A DNA stretch of 60,000 nucleotides. It comes from Mustelus asterias. Its lineage: Eukaryota. Under the pieces are notes generated by a model. The model did no database searches. It was not told the DNA's origin and was given only the letters and a program-made list of their open reading frames with translations. Within the stretch, counting starts at the first letter, position 1, and each line of letters begins with the position of its first letter. Of this stretch, positions 25,552-36,417 are shown one piece after another. Position numbers and translations under genes: made by a program. The stretch lies in assembly GCF_964213995.1 (NCBI RefSeq), contig NW_027590758.1, positions 124,001-184,000 of the forward strand. The letters are read 5' to 3'.

Positions 25552-26860
25552 ACAGCAAAGCCGCATGCAGCAATGTTTACATATCGGTCCGAGGCTTCAA
25601 AATCGGCAGAAACATGGTCAAAACATTTTAGTGAGGAAATGTTGCATAATTAAAATTTTCTCTACTCACTTACAGTAATTCTACTTTGCCTTGAATTGAG
25701 TTAACCTGCTGTGTTGGAATTCGAACCCTGGTTCCCAAAGCTTCAGCCTGCTTCTCTGCTTTATCAATCCAGCGTCAACAACATGACTCGAAACCGTACC
25801 CCTCCCGCCAGTGAATCCACGATTGAATATTACCTGAATGTAGTATCTTACAATCATATGGCATTGGCCCTTACTTGAGCCTCAAAATACATTCAGGAAA
25901 AGACAAAAGTGCGGAAAATTCACGACAAACTGAGCAGGAAAGAAGACACACCTATTCTGACTCAGCACGCATGTTATCAGTTTATTCAGTGGCTAAAAGA
26001 GCAGGGCAGAGGATGGGAATCCTGTGGGAGTAACTCACCTCCCGACTCCCACAAAACAGTCCACGATCGACGTGGCACAAGTCAGGAGTGCGATAGAATA
26101 TTCTCCACTTGTCTGCATGGTGCAGGAATCCACCAAAGGCATTTTAGACAGCATCTCCCAAACCCAAGACCGCTTCCACCTGGCAGCTCCCCTGCCACCC
26201 CCCCTCCGCCCCCTCTCCCCCCTCCCCCCTCCAACGCCACACAGCCAACACCACCCTCAATTCCCTCAGCATTCTGATTTGGAAATATATCGCCGTTCCT
26301 TCACTGTCATTGGGACAAATTCGTGGAATTCCCTCCCTAACAGCACTGTAAGTGTACCTGTACAAATGGATTACAACGTTTCAAGAAGGCAGCTCACCAC
26401 TACTTTCTCAAGGCTAAATACTGATGGGCAGTGCATGCTGATCTAGCCAGCGACACCCACATGAACAAAAAGAAACATCCAGGCAGCTCACTGAACCCAT
26501 AATCATGGGGCCAGCTGAAGAGGTGAATGGAGATAAAATGAACGTCAAGTTACATAGCCAACCCTGTTGATCATATATTTATTTTCGAGCGAGTGTGTTG
26601 TGCTGATAGTTTCCTCACAGTTTGTGCTCAGGTTCTCAAACGAAACCCCATGTGGACCAATCCCAAAGTCGGCAATGCAAAGAAATAAACAAAATCTGCA
26701 GCTCATGAAATCTGATCAAATCTTCGTGGGAGAGGGCGGCACAGTGGCTAGTTCTGCTGGCTCACAATACCAGGGACCTGGTTTCGATTCTGGGGTTAGT
26801 CACTGTCTATGCGGATGGAGATATACAGCTTTTTAAAGTTGCAGCAGTAGCTCACCGATA

Positions 26861-26933
26861 GTCCCAGTAACCTAACGCGTAAGGCACTGGCTTCCTAAAC
26901 CAGGGAGCATGTGTTCGAGTCACTTCTGGGATG
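26861..26933 (+). pseudogene. tRNA-Arg(CCT) pseudogene
   Basis: gtcccagtaacctaacgcgtaaggcactggcttcctaaaccagggagcatgtgttcgagtcacttctgggatg aligns to GCCCCAGTGGCCTAATGGATAAGGCACTGGCCTCCTAAGCCAGGG... Confidence 0.75.
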
Positions 26934-27019
26934 CGGCTTATTTTAACACTTAGGTGTCCAACATTGGCAAATGCATTTCTTGCCAACTAATCCTGGCTAT
27001 TTCTGGGCAGATATGTTTT

Positions 27020-27340
27020 GGGTGGTACATTGGTTAGCACTGCCGCCTCAAAACGCCAGGGTCCGAGGATCAAATCTGGCATCGGGTCGCTGTCTGTGTG
27101 GAGTTTGCACATTCTCCCCGTATCTGCATGGGTTTCCTCCGGGTGTTCCGGTTTCCTCCCATTGTCCAAAGATGTGCGGCTAATGTTGATTGACCGTGTT
27201 AAATTGGCCCTAGTGTCAGGGGTATTAGCAGGGTGAATGCATGCAGTTACAGGAGAGGGGCCGGTATAGGATTGTGCTCCGTACAGACTTGATGGGCCGA
27301 ATTGGCCTCGTTCTGTACTGCAGGGATTCTATGATTCTAA
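27020..27340 (+). mobile_element. HE1-type V-SINE, followed by a CR1 3' remnant to ~27665
   Basis: tRNA-like head, V-domain and gattctatgattct tail. Confidence 0.85.
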
Positions 27341-27687
27341 TGGAACCTTATAACATTCTGACCGGATGAAACAGGGTAGATTCAGAAAGAATGTTCTCGT
27401 TAGTGGGGAGTCCAGAACTCGGGATAATAGTTTGAGGATAACGGCTGAGATGATGAGACTTCCTTCAGCCAGAGAGTGGTGAATCTGCAGAGTTCACTCC
27501 CACAGAAAGTAGTTGAGGCCAAACACTATGATTTCAAGAGAAGTTTAATAGAGCTCTTGGGGCTAAATGGCGGATCAGGGTATTGAATTTGATTATCAGG
27601 CATGACAACAATGAATGGTAGATGATGTTCCAATGACCTACTCCTGGTTTCGATGTTTTGATGTAACAGGGATAAGAAGAAACAGTA

Positions 27688-27768
27688 GGGCTAGTCTCGG
27701 ATTTCAACTCGGGATCTCGGTGGTTAAGGCATACCAAAATGCGATTCATACCCCTACACCAAGGAGCC
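27688..27768 (-). pseudogene. Degenerate tRNA-Pro(TGG)-like pseudogene with extra sequence after the anticodon
   Basis: GGCTCCTTGGTGTAGGGGTATGAATCGCATTTTGG-TATGCCTTAACCACC-GAGATCCCGAGTTGAAATCCGAGACTAGCCC (81 nt). Confidence 0.7.
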
Positions 27769-28029
27769 TATAAGCAGCCACTGATTGAAAGAAAAGATGT
27801 TCTCTTGGCCATTCAAAACCGATCAGATAACTGCAGCGAAGGCGGAAGATGCTGCAGAAACTTAGGAATTCAGGCAGAATTTGTGGACAGGGAAACAAAG
27901 CTCATCTTTTACGTCCATGGCCTTTCATTACAACAGGAAAAGGTGAAAAATGTGGGAATTTGAAACGACTGAAACTCAGGAGGGAGGAAATGTAGCAACA
28001 GGAATAGTCTGGACGTCAGGAGAAATGAA

Positions 28030-28782
28030 ATGATTTGATTTGGTTTTATTTATTATTGTCACATGTATTAGTATACAGTGAAAAGCATTTTTTCTTGCGC
28101 GCTATACAGGCAAAGCGTACCGTTCATAGAGAAGGAAACGGGAGAGTGCAGAATGTGGTGTTACAGTCATTGTCATGGTGTAGAGAAAGATCAACTTAAT
28201 GCAAGATAATGTCCATTCAAAATTATGATGGCAGCAGGGAACAAGCTGTTCTTGAGTCGGCTAGTACGTGACTTCAGACTTCTGTATCTTTCTCTCGAAG
28301 GAAGAAGGTGGAAGAGAGAATGTCCGGGGTGCGTGCGGTCCTTGACTATCCTGGCTGCTTTGCCGAGGCAGCAGGAAGCCTCGACAGAATCAATGGATGG
28401 GAGGCTGGTTTGAGTGATGGATTGGGCTACATTCACGACCCTTTGTAGTTTATTGCGGTCTTGGGCAGAGCAGGAACCATACCAAGCTGTGATACAACTA
28501 GAAAGAGTGTTTTCTATGGTGCACCTGTAAACCTTGGTGACAGTCGGAGCTGACATGCCAAATTTCCTAAGTCTTCTGAGAAAGTAGAGGCGTTGATGGG
28601 CTTTCTTCACTATAGTGTCGGCATGGGAGGCCAGGACAGGTTGTTGGTGATCTGGAGACCTAAAAACCTGAAGCTCTCGACCCATTCCACTTCGTTCCCT
28701 TTGATGGAGACAGGGGCATGTTCTCCTCTACGCTTTCTGAAGTCAATGACAATCTCCGTTTTGTTGACATTGAGGGAGAGAT
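28030..28782 (-). mobile_element. Rex1/Babar-type LINE 3' fragment
   Basis: ORF 28191-28685: VKKAHQRLYFLRRLRKFG...YRCTIENTLSSCITAWYG...HPGHSLFHLLPS, a typical Rex1/Babar RT C-terminus. Confidence 0.85.
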
Positions 28783-28879
28783 GACAGAAATGAGAAATGA
28801 GAAAATACTTTGCGGTTCACGGCCTCAGGGTGAGGTACGCACTAACTCAGAAAATGAGTACACCACAGAATAAGGCCAT

Positions 28880-29490
28880 GCTAAGGAATGGCAATATAAT
28901 TCCAAGTCAGGATGGTGAGTGACTTGGAGGAGAACTTGCAGGTGGTGATGTTCCCATGTGTCTACTACCCTTTTCCTTCTGGATGGAAGTGGTCATGGGT
29001 TTCGAAGGTGCTGTCTAAGGATCTTTGGTGAATTGCTACTGTGTGTCTTTTAGATACATATCGCTGCTACTGAGCATCGGCTGTGGTGGGATTGAATGCT
29101 TGTGGATGTGGTGCCAATCAAGCGGGCTGCTTTGTCCTGGATAATGTCAATCTTCTTGTGTGTTGTGGGCGCTGCACCCATCCAGGCGAGGTGGGAATAT
29201 TCCATCACGCTCCTGACTTGTGCCTTGTAGATGGTGGACAGACTCTGAGGAGTCAGGCGGTGAGTTATTCGCCGCAGTATTCCTGGCCTCTGACCTGCTC
29301 TTGTAGCCATTGTGTTTATGTGGCGAGTCCAATTGAGTATCTGGTCAATGGTAACCGTATGGATGTTAACAGTGGGGGATTCAGTGATGGAAAAACTATT
29401 GACTGTCAAGAGGTGGTGGTTAGATTTTCTCTTATTGGTGATGGACATTGTCTGGCATTTGTGTGGCGCGAATGTTACATGCCACTTGTC
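28880..29490 (-). mobile_element. L2-like LINE 3' fragment
   Basis: ORF 29050-29517: WHVTFAPHKCQ...IYKAQVRSVMEYS..WMGAAPT...IQDKAARLIG. Confidence 0.75.
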
Positions 29491-29813
29491 AGCCCAAAGT
29501 CTAATATAATGCAGCACAGACTTTCAAAATCTGAAATAAAAACAGAAAATACTGGGTTATGTCAGTATTTCTGGAAGTATCTGTGGAGCGAGAATCAGAA
29601 CGAACGCTTCCCGCCCAGCTGTCACGTGGCAGGCGCAGACATGATGGGTGTCCGCGCCTGCCATGTGGGTGTCCCAGTGGGCTCTATCCGTGCTGCAAAA
29701 TTCTGTGCCTTTCTGACTCTTTTTCGGAGCCAGTCAGCAGAAAGCCATCCCGCCGTTTGCACCTGAAATAAATCAAAATATCTCCTTTCGAACACAATAT
29801 TTCGGTCAAAACG

Positions 29814-29903
29814 GGGCTCGCCCGGGATTTGAACCCGGGACTTCTCGCATGCTAATGGGGCGAGGTACCCTAAGCGAGAATCATACCCCTAGACCAACGA
29901 GCC
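29814..29903 (-). tRNA. tRNA-Pro(AGG) with an 18-nt intron (29850-29867)
   Basis: GGCTCGTTGGTCTAGGGGTATGATTCTCGCTTAGGG-[TACCTCGCCCCATTAGCA]-TGCGAGAAGTCCCGGGTTCAAATCCCGGGCGAGCCC; insert sits at the canonical 37/38 site; TTTT 2 nt downstream. Confidence 0.9.
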
Positions 29904-30436
29904 TGCACGTTAGTAGCCAGCAAAATAAAAATTGTTTAACTTTCTACAAAGCAGTTCTGACACCTCGAGTGAAAGCCGAAATTGATTAAATAACTTACCG
30001 CATCAGCATTTGTGGACTTTAAGTTCCAGCAAAATATCCGTCCAATATTGTTACCTCGACTGTTTGCAACTGTGGGTTTTTGTTTATAAAGTACACATGT
30101 TACAGTCAATAATTTTAACCAGCAACTTCAACATGTGACAACTCTGAGTCTGCCTTTGATACTTGATCACTTTTGAAAGGTGTGGTCTGTCTGATGACAT
30201 GGTTCACCTGGGAGATCTGTGGGTTTGTGTGAAAGGATCGGGGAGCGATTGGACTTGATGTGATAGTAATATGAGTAAAAACATGTTAAACTTCCCAACA
30301 GTGACAATCAGTAACCTCAGTGAGGGAAAACACTTTGACGGGACTGTATTGTCAGGTTCACTTTTGAGTAAATTGTCGCTGATTTTTAACACCATGTGTT
30401 GTCCTGACAATGAGTCATTGATTATCGACCTGTGCC

Positions 30437-30475
30437 AGATTTTGTATGAGGCCCGCGGGAGCCTCATTCACTGTG
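30437..30475 (-). promoter_or_regulatory. 23-RSS of V3 with a perfect heptamer
   Basis: CACAGTG (30475-30469) + 23-nt spacer + ACAAAATCT (30445-30437) directly after YYCGLR. Confidence 0.9.
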
Positions 30476-30947
30476 GCTCTCAGTCCACAGTAATACACGG
30501 CGCTGTCTGTCACCTTCAAATCTTTCATGGGCAAGTGAAAAGTGCTTTGTTTCAGGTTGCGATTCCCGCTGCAATGTAAAAAACCTTGAGACCCGTACAT
30601 TCGCGGCTCTGAGCAGTCAATGAGGAGCTCGGTGTGTATACTGGCGATACCAGAGCAGTAATGTTGTACAGTTAAACTCTGTCCCGAGTAACTGCAGGGT
30701 ATTGCTGAATCTTCACCCTCTGCTGCTTCAACACCTGGTCCTGACTGGGACACTGAGTCACCGTTACTCATGTCTGAAAATAGGTAACAGACACGCAGTG
30801 GGTTAGAAGGAGTAACAACAATGGAATAATCCCCTCCAGATGGAAATGGGGAATGAATGTGGTGACTGGCAGATTTCACGCAGAAGTTCAAAATGACAGA
30901 CCTGTAATCAGGACAATAACCAGAGTGAGACAGAGTTTCACCCCCAT
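30476..30947 (-). pseudogene. TCR alpha/delta-type V segment V3 (leader 30902-30947; V exon 30476-30773); frame open but FR2 scrambled
   Basis: Leader MGVKLCLTLVIVLIT G|GT; acceptor ttttcag; DMSNGDSVSQSGPGVEAAEGEDSAIPCSYS...DLKVTDSAVYYCGLR; the LLWYRQY motif lies in a shifted frame. Confidence 0.85.
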
Positions 30948-31224
30948 GGTTCGAGTCTGAACAGCAGAAACAGAGAGACTGATCACTGTCTGAATCCGAT
31001 CTGCAATTGGAGATGTTGAAACAGTCAGTGGGATGTTATGAGGTCCAAGGTGACTCCATCTCTCCGCCCATCTTTACATCTTCAAACAGACGCTTCCTTT
31101 AGAAAGGGATTGTGATCTTTCATAAGTGATCAGAGAGTACTCTCCCGTGGACAGCACAGCCGCATATTGGAAACAGGGACACACGCGGCAACCTGAAAAG
31201 ACTGACACTTATAGAGAACATTGA

Positions 31225-31435
31225 ATCATAGAACCCCTACAGTACAGAAGGAGGCCATTCGGCCCAGCGAATCTGTACCGACCACAATTCCACCGAGGCC
31301 CTATTCCCGTAACCGCACACATAATCTCCCTGACACTAGGGGTCAATTTATCATGGCCAATCCACCTAATCCGCACATCTTTGGTCTGTTGGAGGAAACC
31401 ACAGCACCCGAGGAAACCCAGCAGACATGCGGAGA
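31225..31435 (-). mobile_element. HE1-type V-SINE, 3' part
   Basis: V-domain remnant and (ttctatga) tail. Confidence 0.8.
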
Positions 31436-31709
31436 ACAGATAGACACACGGTCACGTGGAAAGACCAACACGAATAAGGATATATAACCATATAGATATA
31501 TGCCCAGACAGTGACATCAATTCTAACGTCCCTCGTTATAAATCCAGAATTATTCTGCAGATTTCTGACACCTATTAGTTTGCGTTGCTAACCATGATAA
31601 TGCATGAATACCTCCACCTCCGTGTTCACTGGAAGTCTCGGATACTGCACAGAATCAACACAGAGACCAGTAAACTAAGTGATAGATTCCCAAACCGATC
31701 GACTCAAAC

Positions 31710-32412
31710 ATAGAGTCATAGAGTCAAAGAACAAAGAACAATACAGCACAGGAACAGGCCCTTCGGCCCTCCAAGCCCGCGCCGCTCCCTGGTCCCAACT
31801 AGACCATTCTTTTGTATCCCTCCATTCCCACTCCGTTCATGTGGCTATCTAGATAAGTCTTAAACGTTCCCACCACCTCCACCACCTTGCCCGGCAGCGC
31901 ATTCCAGGCCCCCACCACCCTCTGTGTAAAATACCTCCTTCTGATATCCGTATTAAACCTCCCCCCCCCCCCTCCACCCCTCATCTTGAACCTATGACCC
32001 CTCATGAACGTCACCACCGACCTGGGAAAAAGCTTCTCACCGTTCACTCTATCTATGCCTTTCATAATTTTATACACCTCTCTTAGGTCACCCCTCTTCC
32101 TCCGTCTTTCCAGTGAGAACAACCCCAGTTTACCCAATCTCTCCTCATAACTAAGCCCTTCCATACCAGGCAACATCCTGGTAAACCTCCTCTGCACTCT
32201 CTCTAAAATCTCTGGAGGTTTACAGCATGGAAACAGGCCCTTCGGCCCAACTTGTCCATGCCGCCCGTTTTTGTTTAAACCCCTCAGCTAATCTCAATTG
32301 CCCGCATTTGGCCCATATCACTCTATACCCATCGTACCCATATACTATCTAAATGCTTTTTAAAAGATAAACTTGTAACGGCCTCTACTAATACCTCTGG
32401 CAGCTTGTTCCA
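31710..32412 (-). mobile_element. Two nested CR1 3' fragments
   Basis: ORF 31799-32197; a (ttctttg)-tailed copy sits inside the tail of a (ctctatga)-tailed copy. Confidence 0.85.
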
Positions 32413-33626
32413 CGAGACACACGGACAATCACTAAGAAAGATAACCAAGCAGATTGGCACAGCCATTGACACACAAAAGAGACATGAACTCATTGGCAAC
32501 GTAAAAAGCGTGCTAGCTCCAGAGTAAACTTCCTGAACTGGAATTCCCTGGTGTGGTGTAAGTGCGGCAATATCGTGTTAGATACTCATTGCGATGGAAC
32601 ACAACATTTTAACAACAGGAGCAGCCAGAAATCTATTTCTCATCAATGGTGATCATTGATTGACAAATCGACGTGGACCCTTTTGCAGAATAAGCAATAA
32701 TGGATATATTTATTTTTACGCCAAACATATTCTGGATGTGTCCGTGTGCAAAACATATTTACTAGTGTCACAACCAGGCTTACATTAATCCTGCAATTAA
32801 TAATTCAAGTTACTGTGAAAATCCTCTCATCGCCACATTCCGCCGCCTATTCGTGTACACGAAGGAGGAATTTCAATTGAACCCGGGTCCCTAGCATTGT
32901 GAAACAGCAGTACTAACCACTGTGCCACTGTGTTGGCCTATGTGAAGTCCGTGTGAATAAGACAGATTCTCCATCCATTCTCGAGGTTTTCGGATTGGAT
33001 GTTCAGGACACAGGAGGACAGCACAAGAAGACTGCTTCAGGTGTAGGTGATTTATTCTCGTCTGTTATATTCCACACTCTGTGGAAGGTTGTGGAGTAAA
33101 TGTAGTTATATTAGGTATAATTCAGAAATAATGAGGAGATGCTTCATCAGATTTAAATTCGTTTTGTAAAATCGATATAAAATCAATTGCAAAAATAAAT
33201 ATATGTTTACGTTGAAAACTATATCAGGAAGCTAAATCCAATACTTGCTGCCATTGGGTAAGGGAAAGGTTGTTAAAGCAAATTGTCCATGGATTCCGCA
33301 GAAACTCCTTCTTCAAATTGGGATTTTTCAATGACTTAAAAGGGAGAAACATCAACTTCATGGAATTAGAGGAGGAAATTGAAATTGGAACAAAGAACAG
33401 TTCAGGACAGGAACAGGCCCTTCGACCCATCAATCCCGCAACGACATCTTAATTATTCAGCTCCTCATAAAATAATTCGCAAAGATCTGATGGATTGATG
33501 AGCCTCTCATCGTTCTGTGACATTCTTAACCATTTTCAATCATTCTTAGATTAATGTGTCTCCAGCATTCCCAACGAATATTGCAACATATCAACTCAGC
33601 CCCATTGGGCTACGGAGCAGCCAACA

Positions 33627-33699
33627 GTTTCTGTGGTGTAGTGCTGATTGCATTTGCCTCACGCACGCAAGGGCCCACGTTCGAAATCGAGCAGAATCA
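33627..33699 (+). pseudogene. tRNA-Val(CAC) pseudogene
   Basis: gtttctgtggtgtagtgctgattgcatttgcctcacgcacg...gttcgaaatcgagcagaatca. Confidence 0.7.
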
Positions 33700-35197
33700 T
33701 TAATGACATTTGTCCATTAAGGTTGAGGGAAGTCTGTATAATTTCAGATTGTAGCTGAACATTATCCAAAACTCGATGTTACAGCCATGTTATATTTGCG
33801 CTCACCTCAAAAGCTTTCAGCAAAATCAGAAACCTTGTATTTTCATGACGCAATGAGAGGAAATAGATGTTCCTATTTTAAAACCGTGCACATATTAGCA
33901 ATATTTTCAGCCCACTCCCGAATTTAATAGGTTTATAAATGCAGACTAACATAATTCATCACCAACTGAAACATGTCTAATAGTATTGTGTGCTCACAAA
34001 TACAGATACAAGTGATACTGTAACTGAAGTAGAGAAAATGGAGAACATTTCCCCGAAGCATCTTTTTAAAATTGTTCTTCATAATAACGAAATAGGGAAA
34101 ACCTCTCAGACAGAAGAGGAAATCGAGAATCAAAGCGGACCTTCTGGATCTCCTATAGATGAACGAGATTTAGGTGCCAGAATGTTTCACACACAGAATA
34201 AAGAGGGATCAAGTATAACTGGCAGATCATTCTTGAATCTCTTTCCTTTAAATATATTTGATTTGGTTTAAAGGCTGATCATGGTCAAACTCAAAAAAGC
34301 ACCATTGGATGTGTATTACCCGTGACTCGATTTATTTTGTTGGTCAGTAATGTTTGCAATTTAATTTTGTATATTTCAGACATATTCAATTCGCAATGAG
34401 GACATCTGTGTTAAATAACTGGATTGATAGTAAATGTTGATTGCCGAACAAATACTGGATATAAGTGGTTGAAGTTAATCGATGGTATATGAGAATGACG
34501 CATTCACGATGGAGCAGAAATCATTGCTCCCTTAGACATTTGTCCGATGAATGTTTTTAAATTTTGAAATTCGAGACAAGTTGAGACATCACGTTGCAAG
34601 TAACGGTTGTCTCTTGCACGGAGGTACATGGACTCTCAGTCTAACCATTCGAACCTGCAGCAATAGAGCGGGGTTGAACAATGCAGTCAGACCAATTGCA
34701 TATTCCAGAGATATTAAATTCAGAATTTGGACATATATATATTAAAAATCTGTATTGATATTAAAAATTGAATGATGATCCAAGGTGGATTGGGCATTGC
34801 CCCTCGGTTAGATTGATTAGCCATGGGGAAAGAGTAGCGTTGTGGGGACAGCAGGGGTAATGGCCTGGTTATGATACTCTGGCGTCGCTGCTGATTCGTT
34901 GGGCCGATTGGCCGTTTCTGCACTGATTCTATGAAACAGATACTGAGTATAATTGGTTGAAATTATTCGCAGGAAGATAAGAATGGCGCATTAATAATTG
35001 AGCACAAATCAGTGCTTCCTTAGATATTTGCCGGACGAACACTTTTTAATTTTGAAGAACAAGGTAAGTTGAGATATCGGGTTGAAAGTCAGGGATGTGC
35101 TGTTGTATTAAGTGACATGGGCCCTCAATCATACCATTCAAACCTGCAGCAACAAAATGGAGTTAAACATTGTAGTCAGGGCCATTGAGGCCCCAAT

Positions 35198-35270
35198 GCT
35201 AGCTGCAGTGGAGTGGTTATCCCGTTCCCCTAAAACACGAAGAGTCCCCGGTCCGAAACGGGGAAACAGC
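35198..35270 (+). pseudogene. tRNA-Val-body pseudogene
   Basis: gcagtggagtggttatcccgttcccctaaaacacgaagagtccccggtccgaaacgggg. Confidence 0.65.
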
Positions 35271-35659
35271 ATTCGTTAAGCTTTCTCATGTAAGATGAGG
35301 GAAATCCTGTATGATTTCAGTTCGTTGCTGACCATTATCCGAATCTCGATATTACAACAATATTATATTTCCTCTGAACTCAACCTCAAATGGTTTCTGT
35401 GAATAAGAAACGCTGATTTTTTTGACGCACTGACAGGAAAGAAACGTCTCTACTTTGACAACCTGCACATAGTATCATCTTGTTCAGTGGACAACAAAAT
35501 TTAATGGGTTCACAGGGGCAAACTAAAATAGCGAATCACCATCTGAAGCATGTCTAATAGGAGTGTGTGCTCAAAAAGACAAACACAAGTGATACTCAAA
35601 GTGAACTCGGGGAAATGGCGCACCTGCCGATAGCTCCTGTCAATGACCTGCTCACAATG

Positions 35660-36412
35660 GATAGTGAGGAGGTCATTGACAGGAGCTATCGGCAGGTGGT
35701 CACACCGGGACCACGGGAGGAGGGTAACTGGGTAACAGTGAGGAAGGAGAAAGCTCGGTTGATGGTGAGCACCCCGATGGATGTGCCCCTTAATAATAAG
35801 TACTCCTGTCTGAGTACTACTGGGGTGGACAGCCCACCTGGGGGAAGCAGCGGTGGCAGTGTCTCTGGAGCTGAGCCTGGCCCAGTAGTGCAAAAGGGTA
35901 AGGAAAGGAGGGTAGTGCTAATTGGGGACTCTACGGTGAGGGGGTCAGATAGGCGTTTTTGCGGACACAGACGGGACTCTCGGATGGTGGTTTGCCTCCC
36001 TGGTGCAGGGGTCCGGGATGTCTCTGGTCGAGTCCCAGAAATCCTGAAGGGGGAGGGAGAGGAGCCGAAGGTCGTGATGCATATAGGTACTGCTGACATA
36101 GGTAGGAAGAGGGAAGGGGTCATGAAAAGAGAATATAGGGAGTTAGGTAGACAGCTGAGAAAGAGGAATGCAAAGGTAGTAATCTCGGGATTGCTGCCTG
36201 TGCCGCGGGAGAGTGAGAACAGGAATCGGTGGAGAATGAATGCGTGGCTGAGGGTCTGGAGCAAGGGACAAGGATTTGGGTACTTGGATCATTGGGACCT
36301 CTTTAGGGGCAGGTGTGACCTGTTTAAAAAAGACGGGTGGCACTTGAATCCCAGGGGGACCAATATCCTGGCGGGAAGGTTGGCTAAGGCTACTGGAGAG
36401 ACTTTAAACTAG
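35660..36412 (+). CDS. CR1 ORF1 C-terminal SGNH/GDSL esterase domain (5'-truncated)
   Basis: VVLIGDS (block I), HIGTAD (block III variant) and DGWHLN (block V). Confidence 0.85.
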   Translation, partial: DSEEVIDRSYRQVVTPGPREEGNWVTVRKEKARLMVSTPMDVPLNNKYSCLSTTGVDSPPGGSSGGSVSGAEPGPVVQKGKERRVVLIGDSTVRGSDRRFCGHRRDSRMVVCLPGAGVRDVSGRVPEILKGEGEEPKVVMHIGTADIGRKREGVMKREYRELGRQLRKRNAKVVISGLLPVPRESENRNRWRMNAWLRVWSKGQGFGYLDHWDLFRGRCDLFKKDGWHLNPRGTNILAGRLAKATGETLN

Positions 36413-36417
36413 AAAGG

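Noticed and set aside
30075-30105. Perfect nonamer GGTTTTTGT near V3
   Set aside because: No heptamer at 12- or 23-nt spacing and no J-like FGxG.
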